Assembly (NCBI GenBank): GCA_026003015.1
Contig: BPGL01000001.1
Location: 64,922-128,921, forward strand
Direction of reading: 5' to 3'
Source: Actinomycetota bacterium
Lineage (GTDB): Bacteria; Actinomycetota; UBA4738; HRBIN12
DNA: 64,000 bases
Position numbers and translations under genes: made by a program. A model generated the notes under the pieces. That model was not told where the DNA came from. It made no database searches and saw only the letters and a list, made by a program, of their open reading frames with translations. Position 1 is the first letter of the stretch, and each line of letters starts with the position of its first letter. Positions 17,057-26,407 of this stretch are shown piece after piece.

Positions 17057-18920
17057 GGCGGTCCCCTCCGCCTCCGTCGCCGCGGCCGAGCCGGGGCTTC
17101 GCGCGGGTCCGTGGCCCGCGTCGGCCTCCTTCGCCGAGGGCCTTCGGGTCGGGGGGGTGGCGGTGGCGGCGCTGGTGGAACGGTTCGGCACCCCGCTCGT
17201 CGTCGTCGACGCCGACGAGGTCCGCGCCCGGATGCGCCGGGTGCGTCGGGCCTTTCCCCGGGCCGCCTACGCGGTGAAGGCGTTCACCGCCCACGCGGTC
17301 GTGCGCCTCGCGCTCGAGGAGGACCTGGACCTGTTGTGCGCGAGCGGGGGCGAGCTCGAAGCCTGTCTGCGCGCGGGCGCTCCGGGCGAGCGGCTGTTCC
17401 TGCACGGCAACGCGAAGACCGACGACGAGCTGCGCGCGGCGCTCGAGGCCGGGGTTCGCTGGGTCATCGTCGACCACGGGCAGGAGCTCGCCCGCCTCGC
17501 GGAGCTCGCGCGCGCGGCGGGCCGGGTGCAGCCCGTGCTCCTGCGGGTGATCCCCGAGGTGGAGGTCCGCACGCACGAGGCGATCGCCACCGGCCACGAG
17601 CGCTCGAAGTTCGGGACGCCCCTGGAGGAGGTGCCGGCGCTCGCGCGCCGTGCGATCGAGCTCTCCGGCGTGCGGATCGACGGCTACCACGCCCACGCGG
17701 GCTCGCAGCTGCTCCAGGTCGAGCCGTACGTGCGGGTGCTCGACGCGCTCCTCGGGATCGCCGGGCGCGTCCACGAGCAGCTGGGTCTGGCGCCGCGGGC
17801 CCTCGACGTCGGCGGCGGGTTCGGCGTCGCCTACACCCACGAGCCGGCGCTCGACCCGACGCAGGTCGGGGGCGAGCTCGCCGAGCGACTGGCCGCGCGC
17901 TGCGCCTGCCTCGGGCTCCCGACCCCTGAGCTGGTGGCCGAGCCCGGACGCTGGGTCGTCGCCAACGCGGCGCTCACCGTGTACCGGGTGGTGGCGCGCA
18001 AGCGCGTGGGGGATCGCGAGCTCGTCGCGGTCGACGGCGGGATGTCGGACAACCTCCGTCCGATGCTCTACGGGGCCGCCTACACCGTGGCGCCGGTCGT
18101 CCCCCGGCCGGGTCCGGCGCGCCGGGTCTCGCTCGTCGGCCGGCACTGCGAGTCCGGCGACGTGCTCGCCGACGACGTCGAGCTGCCCGACGCCCTGGGC
18201 CCCGGCGACCTCGTTGCCGTGGCTGCGACCGGCGCCTACGGCTACGCGCTCGCCTCGGCCTACAACCGCGTCGGGCGCCCCGCCGTGGTCGCCGTGGAGG
18301 GTGGTCGGGCGGTGCCGTGGCTGCGTCGCGAGGACGCCGCCGACCTCGACCGGCTCGAGGTGGCCCCACCGCGCTCGCTCCCCGCGCCCGCGCCCCCGTC
18401 CGGCGTCGCGATCCGCCCCGCGCGGCCGAGCGACGCGCGGTCGTTCCTCGAGTTGTGGCGCGGCGTGGTCGCCGAGGGGCGGTGGCTGCCCGACGAGCAG
18501 GTCCACGAGCGACCGCGCGCCGTGTTCCGCCGGTTCCGCCGCTCCTGGAGCGCCGAGGGCGCCGAGATCGTCGCGGTCGAGGCCGGCCGCGTCGTCGGCC
18601 ACCTCGCCCTCGACCGGGAGCGTCACCCGGCGCACCGCCACGTCGCCACGCTCGGCATGGTGGTGGCCGCCGAGCGGCGGGGACGGGGGATCGGCACGGC
18701 GATGCTCGCCGTGGCCCTCCGCTGGGCTCGCGAGGTCGGGGTCCGCAAGCTCGTGCTGTCGGTCTACCCCGACAACGTCCGCGCGATCGCCCTGTACCGG
18801 CGGTTCGGCTTCGTCGAGGAGGGGCGTCTCGCACGCCGCTCCCGGACGTCCTACGGTTACCGCGACGAGGTCGTGATGGCGCGCTGGGTGGACGAGGAGC
18901 CGACCGGGGGTCGGGCATGA
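17049..18920 (+). CDS. lysA: Diaminopimelate decarboxylase fused to a C-terminal GNAT N-acetyltransferase
   Basis: YAVKA, HAGSQ, DVGGG, EPGR, HCESGD, GAYG; then Pro-rich linker and RRGRGIG / NVRAIALYRRFGF. Confidence 0.93.
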   Translation: MPEAVPSASVAAAEPGLRAGPWPASASFAEGLRVGGVAVAALVERFGTPLVVVDADEVRARMRRVRRAFPRAAYAVKAFTAHAVVRLALEEDLDLLCASGGELEACLRAGAPGERLFLHGNAKTDDELRAALEAGVRWVIVDHGQELARLAELARAAGRVQPVLLRVIPEVEVRTHEAIATGHERSKFGTPLEEVPALARRAIELSGVRIDGYHAHAGSQLLQVEPYVRVLDALLGIAGRVHEQLGLAPRALDVGGGFGVAYTHEPALDPTQVGGELAERLAARCACLGLPTPELVAEPGRWVVANAALTVYRVVARKRVGDRELVAVDGGMSDNLRPMLYGAAYTVAPVVPRPGPARRVSLVGRHCESGDVLADDVELPDALGPGDLVAVAATGAYGYALASAYNRVGRPAVVAVEGGRAVPWLRREDAADLDRLEVAPPRSLPAPAPPSGVAIRPARPSDARSFLELWRGVVAEGRWLPDEQVHERPRAVFRRFRRSWSAEGAEIVAVEAGRVVGHLALDRERHPAHRHVATLGMVVAAERRGRGIGTAMLAVALRWAREVGVRKLVLSVYPDNVRAIALYRRFGFVEEGRLARRSRTSYGYRDEVVMARWVDEEPTGGRA

Positions 18921-20209
18921 GCGAGCGGACCGTGACGGTCGGGCTGCTCGGGGCCGGCACGGTCGGCTCGGCCGTGGTCCGGCTGCTGCACGAGCGCGCC
19001 GACGCGATCGCCCGCCGCGCAGGGGTGCGCCTGGAGGTCGCGCGCGTGGCCGTGCGCCACCCGGAGCGCCATGCGGATCTCCCCCTCGCCCGGGAGGCCC
19101 TCGTCGACGACGTCGGGCTCGTCGTCGACGACCCGGGCATCGACGTCGTGGTCGAGCTCATCGGCGGGATCGAGCCGGCGCGAACGGCGATCCTGTCGGC
19201 CTTCGCGAACGGCAAGCCCGTGGTCACCGCCAACAAGGAGCTGCTCGCCACCGGCGGTCAGGAGCTGTTCGAGGCCGCCGACGCGGCGGGGCTGGACCTG
19301 GCCTTCGAGGCCGCGGTGGCCGGCGGGATCCCCCTGATCCGTCCCCTGAAGGAGGCGCTCGGGGGGGAGCGGATCGACCGGCTGCTCGGGATCGTGAACG
19401 GCACGACGAACTACGTGCTCACGCAGATGGCGGATCGGGGCTGGTCGTTCGAGGAGGCGCTCGCCGAGGCCCAGCGGCTCGGCTACGCCGAGGCCGATCC
19501 CTCGGCCGACGTCGACGGCGCGGACGCGGCCGCCAAGTGCGCGATCCTCGCCTCGATCGCGTTCGGATCCCGCGTCACCCTCGACGACGTGTACCGCGAG
19601 GGGATCCGGCGCGTCACCGCCCAGGACATCGCCGACGCCCGGCGCCTGGGCTACGTCGTGAAGCTCCTCGCGATCGCCGAGCTCGACGACGACGAGATCT
19701 CCGCACGGGTCCATCCGGCGATGATCCCCGCGTCGCATCCGCTGGCCCATGTGCGTGACGCGTTCAACGCCGTGTTCGTCGAGGGCCCCCGGATCGGGCA
19801 GGTGATGTTCTTCGGGCCGGGCGCCGGCGGCGACCCCACGGCCACGGCCGTCGTCGGCGACCTCGTCACCGTCGCTCGCCACCGCGTGTTCGGCGGGCGC
19901 GGGGTCGGCTGTACCTGTGTGTTCGACCGGCGGCTGCGCCCGATGGGCGACACCCACGGGCAGTTCTACCTGAACCTCCACGTCGAGGACCGGCCGGGCG
20001 TGCTCGCCGAGATCGCCGAGCGGTTCGGGCACAACGGCGTCTCGATCGAGCGCGTGTGGCAGGAAGGCGCGGGGCACGACGCCGCGCTGCTGTTCGTCAC
20101 GCATCGGGCGCAGGAGGGCGCCTTCCAGAAGACCGTCGCGGAGCTGCGCGATCTCGACGTCGTGCACGAGGTACGGAGCCTGCTCCGCGTCGAGGGCGAG
20201 GAGGGATGA
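18917..20209 (+). CDS. hom: Homoserine dehydrogenase with ACT domain
   Basis: [28 protein letters not shown]-terminal DRPGVLA; ATGA overlap. Confidence 0.97.
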   Translation: MSERTVTVGLLGAGTVGSAVVRLLHERADAIARRAGVRLEVARVAVRHPERHADLPLAREALVDDVGLVVDDPGIDVVVELIGGIEPARTAILSAFANGKPVVTANKELLATGGQELFEAADAAGLDLAFEAAVAGGIPLIRPLKEALGGERIDRLLGIVNGTTNYVLTQMADRGWSFEEALAEAQRLGYAEADPSADVDGADAAAKCAILASIAFGSRVTLDDVYREGIRRVTAQDIADARRLGYVVKLLAIAELDDDEISARVHPAMIPASHPLAHVRDAFNAVFVEGPRIGQVMFFGPGAGGDPTATAVVGDLVTVARHRVFGGRGVGCTCVFDRRLRPMGDTHGQFYLNLHVEDRPGVLAEIAERFGHNGVSIERVWQEGAGHDAALLFVTHRAQEGAFQKTVAELRDLDVVHEVRSLLRVEGEEG

Positions 20210-21285
20210 GCGCCGAGCCCCCGATCCTCGGTCGCGCGGCACCCTGGCGCGGGATCCTCGAGGAGTACCGCGACCGTCTCCCGATCTCGGAGGCGACCCC
20301 CGTGGTGACGCTCGGGGAGGGCGGCACGCCGCTCGTGCGCAGCGCCTCGCTGTCGGCCGCGACCGGCGCGGAGGTGTGGCTGAAGTACGACGGCGCGAAC
20401 CCGACCGGCTCGTTCAAGGACCGGGGGATGACGCTTGCGATCTCCAAGGCCGTGGAGGAGGGGGCCAAGGCGGTCGTGTGCGCCTCGACGGGGAACACGA
20501 GCGCCTCGGCCGCCGCCTACGCGGCGCGCGCGGGCCTCGCCTGCGCGGTGCTCGTGCCGAAGGGCAAGGTGGCGCTCGGCAAGATGGCCCAGACCCTCGT
20601 GCACGGGGCGCGGGTGCTCGAGGTCGAGGGGAACTTCGACGCGTCGCTCGAGCTCGCCCGCGACCTCGCGGGGCGGTTCCCGGTGACCCTGGTGAACAGC
20701 GTGAACCCGTTCCGGCTCGAGGGGCAGAAGACGTGCGCCTTCGAGATCGTCGACGCGCTCGGCGGACCGCCGGACGTGCACTGCGTGCCGGTCGGCAACG
20801 CCGGCAACATCGCGAGCCACTGGCTCGGGTACGCCGAGTACCTGCGCGACGGGGTGATCCACGAGCCGCCGCGCCTGTTCGGGTTCCAGGCGGCCGGCGC
20901 GGCGCCGCTGGTGCGCGGCGAGCCCGTGGCCGAGCCGCGGACGATCGCCACGGCGATCCGGATCGGGAACCCGGCGTCCTGGTCGAAGGCGGTCGAGGCC
21001 GCGACCGCCTCCGAGGGCGGGATCCGGGCCGTGACCGACCGCGAGATCCTCCACGCCTATCGGCGCCTGGCGCGCGAGGGGCTGTTCTGCGAGCCGGCGA
21101 GCGCGGCGAGCGTCGCCGGGTGCCTGCAGCTCGCGGCCGAGGGCGTCCTCGGGCCCAAACAGACGGTCGTGTGCGTGCTCACCGGCCACGGTCTGAAGGA
21201 CCCGGAGTGGGCGATCGCCGGCGCTGCTCAGCCCGCGAGCGTGCCGGCCGACGCGGACGCGGTGGCCGCCGAGCTCGGGCTGTGA
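20206..21285 (+). CDS. thrC: Threonine synthase
   Basis: [33 protein letters not shown]. Confidence 0.97.
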   Translation: MSAEPPILGRAAPWRGILEEYRDRLPISEATPVVTLGEGGTPLVRSASLSAATGAEVWLKYDGANPTGSFKDRGMTLAISKAVEEGAKAVVCASTGNTSASAAAYAARAGLACAVLVPKGKVALGKMAQTLVHGARVLEVEGNFDASLELARDLAGRFPVTLVNSVNPFRLEGQKTCAFEIVDALGGPPDVHCVPVGNAGNIASHWLGYAEYLRDGVIHEPPRLFGFQAAGAAPLVRGEPVAEPRTIATAIRIGNPASWSKAVEAATASEGGIRAVTDREILHAYRRLAREGLFCEPASAASVAGCLQLAAEGVLGPKQTVVCVLTGHGLKDPEWAIAGAAQPASVPADADAVAAELGL

Positions 21286-21306
21286 ACCGGTAGGCTCGCC
21301 GCCACG

Positions 21307-22173
21307 ATGCGCGTCGCGGTCCGCGTCCCGGCGACCTCCGCCAACCTCGGCCCCGGGTTCGACTGCCTCGGGCTCGCGCTCGACCTGTGCAACGAGGTGG
21401 TGGTCGACACCGAGGCGCCGCCCGGCGTCGTGTGGCGCGGCGAGGGGGCGCAGGAGCTCCCCACGGACGGATCGGATCTCGTCTCGCGCACGATGGCCGC
21501 CGTCGGGGAGCGCTTCGGCGTGCCGCTCGCGCCGCTGCGCCTCGAGGCCGACAACCGCATCCCGCTCGAGCGCGGGCTCGGCTCCTCGTGCGCGGCGGTC
21601 GTGGCGGGGATCGCGCTCGCCTCGCGCGTGTGCGACCTCGGCCTGCACGCCGATCCGACCTCCGTCTTCGCGCTCGCGGCCGAGCTCGAGGGGCACCCCG
21701 ACAACGCCGCGCCCGCCTGCTTCGGCGGGCTCGTCGTCGTCGCCGACGGCGCCGCTCGGCGCCTCGAGCCGCACCCGTCGCTGCGCCCCGTGCTGCTCGT
21801 GCCGCCGACGCGCCTGCCGACCGAGCAGGCCCGTCGCGCCCTCCCCGCGCAGGTCCCCTTCGCCGACGCGGCGGCCAACGCGGCCGGCGCCGCGATGGCC
21901 GTGGTCGCGCTCACCCAGGACCCCTCCGTGCTGCCGATCGCCCTCCGCGACCGGCTCCACCAGCCGACGCGCCTGGCCCTCGTGCCCGAGGTCGCGGAGG
22001 TCTTCGCCGACCTCGAGGCACGCCGCGTGCCGGTGTGCTTGTCCGGGGCGGGCCCGACGCTGCTCGCCTTCGAGCGGCCGGGTGCGCCGGAGGTCCCCGC
22101 GGAGCTCGTCACGGCGGGCTGGAGGATCCTCAGACCTGGCGTGCGGGCGAGCGGGTACGAGCTGGTCGGCTGA
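21307..22173 (+). CDS. thrB: Homoserine kinase
   Basis: PATSANLGPGFD, PLERGLGSS, EGHPDN, SGAGPT. Confidence 0.97.
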   Translation: MRVAVRVPATSANLGPGFDCLGLALDLCNEVVVDTEAPPGVVWRGEGAQELPTDGSDLVSRTMAAVGERFGVPLAPLRLEADNRIPLERGLGSSCAAVVAGIALASRVCDLGLHADPTSVFALAAELEGHPDNAAPACFGGLVVVADGAARRLEPHPSLRPVLLVPPTRLPTEQARRALPAQVPFADAAANAAGAAMAVVALTQDPSVLPIALRDRLHQPTRLALVPEVAEVFADLEARRVPVCLSGAGPTLLAFERPGAPEVPAELVTAGWRILRPGVRASGYELVG

Positions 22174-22182
22174 GCTGGCCGC

Positions 22183-23358
22183 TCAGTCGACGCACGCCCC
22201 GAGCCCGACCGGCGCGCTTCGCCCCAGGGCGGGCTCGACGAACCGCGCGACCTGGGAGGCCGCGATCGCGTAGGCGATGCGGTCGTCGAGGACCGAGTTC
22301 GCGAACACGACGCCGGCCACCCGGCCGTCGGGCAGGGCGAAGGGGCCGCCGCTGTTGCCCCCTCGGACGCGGGCCTGCAGCTCGTAGACGCGGCGGCGAA
22401 CGAGCTCGCCGCCGTAGATGTCGCGGCCCAGGGGCTCGAACAGCCGGCGAACGGCGGCCGGCCCGCTCGTGGGGCCGCCGCCGGCGGGGAACCCGAGCAC
22501 CGCCCCGCCGGTCCCTCGGGGCAGCGGCTCGGTGGCCAGGTCGAGCGGGGGGGCGGCCAGCTCGGGGACGCGCAGCAGCGCGAGATCCAGCCCGGGATCG
22601 AAGGCGACGACCGTCGCGTCGAGGGCGTCCCCGGCGCCCCCCGGGCGCGCCCACACGTCGTCGGCGCCCGCGACGACGTGGCCGCTCGTCACGACGTAGC
22701 CGGCCGCCACCGCGAAGCCGGAGCCCTCGTTCCAGTACCCGGGACGGCAGCCGTCGGCCAGGACCTGGACGAGGCTCGGCGAGGCGGCCCGCACCGCGGC
22801 GGCGACGGTCGGGTCTGCCGGGGGCGGAACGGGTTGCGCCGTGGAGGGGACCCCGACGAACACGTCGGGGAACCCCAGCGCGTCGACGACGCGCTCGAGC
22901 TGCGGGACGAGCGGGGGCGGAGCCGGGAGCACGGCGGCGACGGCGTCGACGACGCGGGAGTCGCGAACGGCGCGCGCGACGCTCGGGAACGGCCCGGCTG
23001 CCAGGTTCAGCGCGCAGAACCAGATCGCGAGGATCCCGGCCAGCACCGAGACGCCGGCGCCGAGGACGCGGTCGACGATCGAGGCGCCGCGCCCGATGCG
23101 GCGCACGAGCCGGTCGGCGAGCGCCGCGGCGACGGCGCTGCCGAGCACGGCGAGCCCCAGGACGATGAACAGCACGAGGACGATCGAGGCGCCGGGCTCA
23201 TCGGGGCGGCTCGCGAGCCCGCGGGCGACCCCGATCCCCGCCGCGCCCCCGGCGGCCAGCCCGACGAGGCCGGCTCCCTGGGCGAGCGCGCCGCGGCGGT
23301 AGCCGCCGAAGGCGCTGCCGGCGAGCATCAGCAGCAGCAGCAGGTCCAGCGCCGTCAC
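22183..23358 (-). CDS. MarP-family membrane serine protease (CvpA-like TM region plus trypsin domain)
   Basis: N-terminal TMs (GYRRG); GSGF, TSGHVV, DLALL, GNSGGP catalytic triad. Confidence 0.88.
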   Translation of the reverse strand: MTALDLLLLLMLAGSAFGGYRRGALAQGAGLVGLAAGGAAGIGVARGLASRPDEPGASIVLVLFIVLGLAVLGSAVAAALADRLVRRIGRGASIVDRVLGAGVSVLAGILAIWFCALNLAAGPFPSVARAVRDSRVVDAVAAVLPAPPPLVPQLERVVDALGFPDVFVGVPSTAQPVPPPADPTVAAAVRAASPSLVQVLADGCRPGYWNEGSGFAVAAGYVVTSGHVVAGADDVWARPGGAGDALDATVVAFDPGLDLALLRVPELAAPPLDLATEPLPRGTGGAVLGFPAGGGPTSGPAAVRRLFEPLGRDIYGGELVRRRVYELQARVRGGNSGGPFALPDGRVAGVVFANSVLDDRIAYAIAASQVARFVEPALGRSAPVGLGACVD

Positions 23359-23404
23359 GGTCCCGGTATCGTCCCACGCGCTAGGACCTCGGGGGGGTGG
23401 ATGG

Positions 23405-24190
23405 ATGACAGGCGGGATCCTCCACGGGCGGGCGGCGCTCGTGACCGGCGGCACGACCGGCATCGGTCGCGCGATCGCACGTCGGTTCCTCGACGAGGGC
23501 GCCGCGGTCGTGATCACCGGCCGCGACGAGGCGCTCGGCGCGGCCGCGCGAGACGAGCTGGCCGCGCTCGGGCCGGTGCGGTTCGTGCGCGCCGACGCCG
23601 CCGATCCGGAGGCGGTCGCCGCCAGCGTCGAGGAGGCGGTGGGGTTCCTCGGAGGCCTCGACGTCCTCGTGAACAACGCCGGGGTGGGCGTCGTCGCGGG
23701 CGTCCTCGACACCCCGTTGGAGGCCTTCGACCTCGTGATGGACGTGAACGTGCGCGGGGCCTTCTGCTACGCGAAGGCCGCCTTCCCGCACCTGGAGGCG
23801 CGCCGGGGCTGCATGCTCCACATCGCGTCGGACGCCGGCGTGCTCGGCGAGGTCGAGATCGCCGTGTACTCCGTGTCGAAGGCGGCGCTCATCATGCTCT
23901 CGAACATGCTCGCCATCGAGGGCGGACGCCGTGGGGTCCGCTCGAACGCCATCTGCCCGGGCGACACTGAGCCCGGCATGCGCCACATGCTCGAGCCCGG
24001 CGCCGAGGAGCGCCCGGAGGACGTCGAGACCTGGCCGCTTCCGCCCGTCGGGCGCGTCGGGCGCGCCACCGACGTCGCGGAGGCGGCCCTGTTCCTCGCG
24101 AGCGACCGGGCGGCGTTCGTCAACGGCGTCGCGCTCCTGGTCGACGGCGGGATGCGGGCCGGGATGCGCGCGGGCATGCCCCGCGCCTGA
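23405..24190 (+). CDS. Classical short-chain dehydrogenase/reductase
   Basis: TGGTTGIG, NNAG, YSVSK, VDGG. Confidence 0.92.
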   Translation: MTGGILHGRAALVTGGTTGIGRAIARRFLDEGAAVVITGRDEALGAAARDELAALGPVRFVRADAADPEAVAASVEEAVGFLGGLDVLVNNAGVGVVAGVLDTPLEAFDLVMDVNVRGAFCYAKAAFPHLEARRGCMLHIASDAGVLGEVEIAVYSVSKAALIMLSNMLAIEGGRRGVRSNAICPGDTEPGMRHMLEPGAEERPEDVETWPLPPVGRVGRATDVAEAALFLASDRAAFVNGVALLVDGGMRAGMRAGMPRA

Positions 24191-24225
24191 GCGCCGGGCG
24201 CCTCGGCGGCAACTACACTGCAGAC

Positions 24226-25014
24226 GTGGTCACGATCGCGCACATCTCTGACCCCCACGTTGGCTCCCCCTACTTCGTGCCGAACCTGATGAACCGCGTC
24301 ATCAAGGAGCTGAACGAGCTCGGCCCCGACGCGGTCGTCGTGTCCGGGGACCTCACCGCCGAGGGGTTCCGTCAGGAGTACAAGAACTGGCTCGCCTACG
24401 CCGAGCGGATCGAGGCGCCCGTCCACACCGTGCCGGGCAACCATGACTCCCGCAACGTCGGCTACCTCCACTTCGAAGACCTGATCGGGCCCCGCCAGTG
24501 GGTCGTGGACGTGGGCGACGTGCGTCTCGTCGGGGTCGACTCGAGCGAGCCCGACCTGAACGAAGGCAAGGTGGGCCGCGTGCACTACCCGTGGATCGCC
24601 GAGCAGTTCTCCCACCCCGCGGCGCTCAAGATCTTCGTGATCCACCACCACCTGCTGCCGATCCCCGGTACCGGGCGCGAGCGCAGCACCGTGATGGATG
24701 CGGGGGACCTGCTCGAGGTCTTGATCCACGCCGGCGTGAACGTCGTGCTGTCGGGGCACAAGCACGTGCCCTACGTGTGGCAGCTTGAGGACATGTACAT
24801 CGCCAACGCCGGAACCGTCTCGTCGCTGCGCGTGCGCGGCTACACGAAGCCGTGTTACAACATCTTGTCGTTCGACGGCGACTCGGTTGAGATCCGCCGG
24901 AAGTTCCCGTTCGGCGACGAACACCTGATGGCGCGGTTCTCCCTGTTCGAGACCACCCGGCGGCATCGCGAGGCCCCGGTGCAGGAGGCGGCCGGGGTCG
25001 CCGAAGCCCGCTAG
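24226..25014 (+). CDS. Calcineurin-like metallophosphoesterase (CpdA/Icc-like)
   Basis: All five metal motifs: SDPH, GD, GNHD, HHH, GHKH; TACACT -10 box 6 nt before GTG. Confidence 0.92.
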   Translation: MVTIAHISDPHVGSPYFVPNLMNRVIKELNELGPDAVVVSGDLTAEGFRQEYKNWLAYAERIEAPVHTVPGNHDSRNVGYLHFEDLIGPRQWVVDVGDVRLVGVDSSEPDLNEGKVGRVHYPWIAEQFSHPAALKIFVIHHHLLPIPGTGRERSTVMDAGDLLEVLIHAGVNVVLSGHKHVPYVWQLEDMYIANAGTVSSLRVRGYTKPCYNILSFDGDSVEIRRKFPFGDEHLMARFSLFETTRRHREAPVQEAAGVAEAR

Positions 25015-25027
25015 GGGCGCCTCGTCC

Positions 25028-25063
25028 GCCCGCCCGACCAAGCGAGCCCGCCCGACCGAGCGA
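25028..25063 (+). repeat. 18-bp tandem direct repeat upstream of cpgS
   Basis: GCCCGCCCGACCAAGCGA / GCCCGCCCGACCGAGCGA (17/18 identical). Confidence 0.85.
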
Positions 25064-25075
25064 GAAGGACACCAC

Positions 25076-26407
25076 ATGCGCACCGTCGTCCTCGTCGACG
25101 GCGAGCACTACCCCCCCGTCACCCGCTGGGCGATCGCGGCCGCGCGCGAACGCGGCTACGAGGTCGTGCTCGCGCTCGTCGTCGGGGGCGGGGAGAAGGT
25201 GGGGTCGGCGCCCCTGGAGCTCGGGGTGCCGACGCGCTCGAGCGGACCGGACCGAGCCGAGGCGCTCGCGGCCGTCATCCGGGAGCTGCGTCCCGAGGTC
25301 GTGCTCGACGTGTCCGACGAGCCCGTGCTGGGGTACCGAGAGCGGCTGGCGCTGGCCTCGACGGCGCTGCGGCTCGGCGTCGCCTACGCGGGTGCGGACT
25401 TCCGCCTCGAGCCGCCGGCCGCCGAGCCCGCCCCCGCCGGGGTGCCGACGCTCGCGGTGATCGGCACCGGCAAGCGCACCGGAAAGACCGCGATCGCCGG
25501 GGAGCTCGCGCGGGCGGCATCCCGGCGAGGGCTCGACCCGATCGTCGTGGCGATGGGGCGTGGCGGGCCGCCGGAGCCACAGGTCGCCGAGGCGGGCGCG
25601 GTCACGCTCCCCGCGCTGCTCGAGCTCGTGCGCCGCGGGGAGCACGCGGCCTCCGACTACCTGGAGGACGCCCTCACCACCGGGGTGACGACGATCGGTG
25701 CGCGACGGGCCGGCGGCGGGCTGGCGGGGGCGCCGTTCGCCACGAACGTTCCCGAGGCCGTCGCGATCGCGGCGGCGCGCCGACCCGGGGTCGTCATCCT
25801 CGAGGGGAGCGGCTCGGCGATCCCGCCGGTCGCCTGGGACGCGGGGATCCTCGTCGTCCCGGCGACCTGCCCCGTGGAGTACGTGAGGGGCTACCTCGGC
25901 CCCTATCGGCTGTTGCGCTCCGACCTGGCGGTTGTTACGATGGCAGCTAACCCGGCCTCCGGGTCCCGGCACCTCTCCGATCTCACCTCTTACCTGCGAC
26001 GTTCCCTCGGGGACGACGGGGTCATCCTCACGGAGTTCCACCCGGTGCCGCTGGCGGACGTGAGGGGGAAGGATGCGTTCTTCGCGACGACGGCTCCCGA
26101 CGACGTGGCAGCTCGGCAGGTGGAGCGACTCCAGGCCGAGCACGGCTGCCGGGTCGTCGGCTGGAGCGCCCGCCTCGCCGACCGGTCGGGCCTGGAGGCG
26201 GACCTCGCGCGGGCGGAGGGCTTCGACGTGCTGTTGACCGAGCTGAAGGCCGCCGCGGTGGACGTCGCCGCGGAGCGCGCGATCGCGCGCGGCGCCGACG
26301 TCGTCTTCGTGGACAACCGCGCCGAGGTGATCGAGGGGCCTGCTGAGCTCGGCGGCGTGCTCGAGGCGACGCTCGAGCTCGCCGCGACCCGGGCCCGCGG
26401 ACGGTGA
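25076..26407 (+). CDS. cpgS: Cyclic 2,3-diphosphoglycerate synthetase
   Basis: VDGEHYPPV N-terminus, DVSDEPVL, GTGKRTGKT, MGRGGP, HAASDYLED, RRAGGGLAG, EGSG, TELKAAAVD; adjacent to 2-phosphoglycerate kinase. Confidence 0.9.
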   Translation: MRTVVLVDGEHYPPVTRWAIAAARERGYEVVLALVVGGGEKVGSAPLELGVPTRSSGPDRAEALAAVIRELRPEVVLDVSDEPVLGYRERLALASTALRLGVAYAGADFRLEPPAAEPAPAGVPTLAVIGTGKRTGKTAIAGELARAASRRGLDPIVVAMGRGGPPEPQVAEAGAVTLPALLELVRRGEHAASDYLEDALTTGVTTIGARRAGGGLAGAPFATNVPEAVAIAAARRPGVVILEGSGSAIPPVAWDAGILVVPATCPVEYVRGYLGPYRLLRSDLAVVTMAANPASGSRHLSDLTSYLRRSLGDDGVILTEFHPVPLADVRGKDAFFATTAPDDVAARQVERLQAEHGCRVVGWSARLADRSGLEADLARAEGFDVLLTELKAAAVDVAAERAIARGADVVFVDNRAEVIEGPAELGGVLEATLELAATRARGR

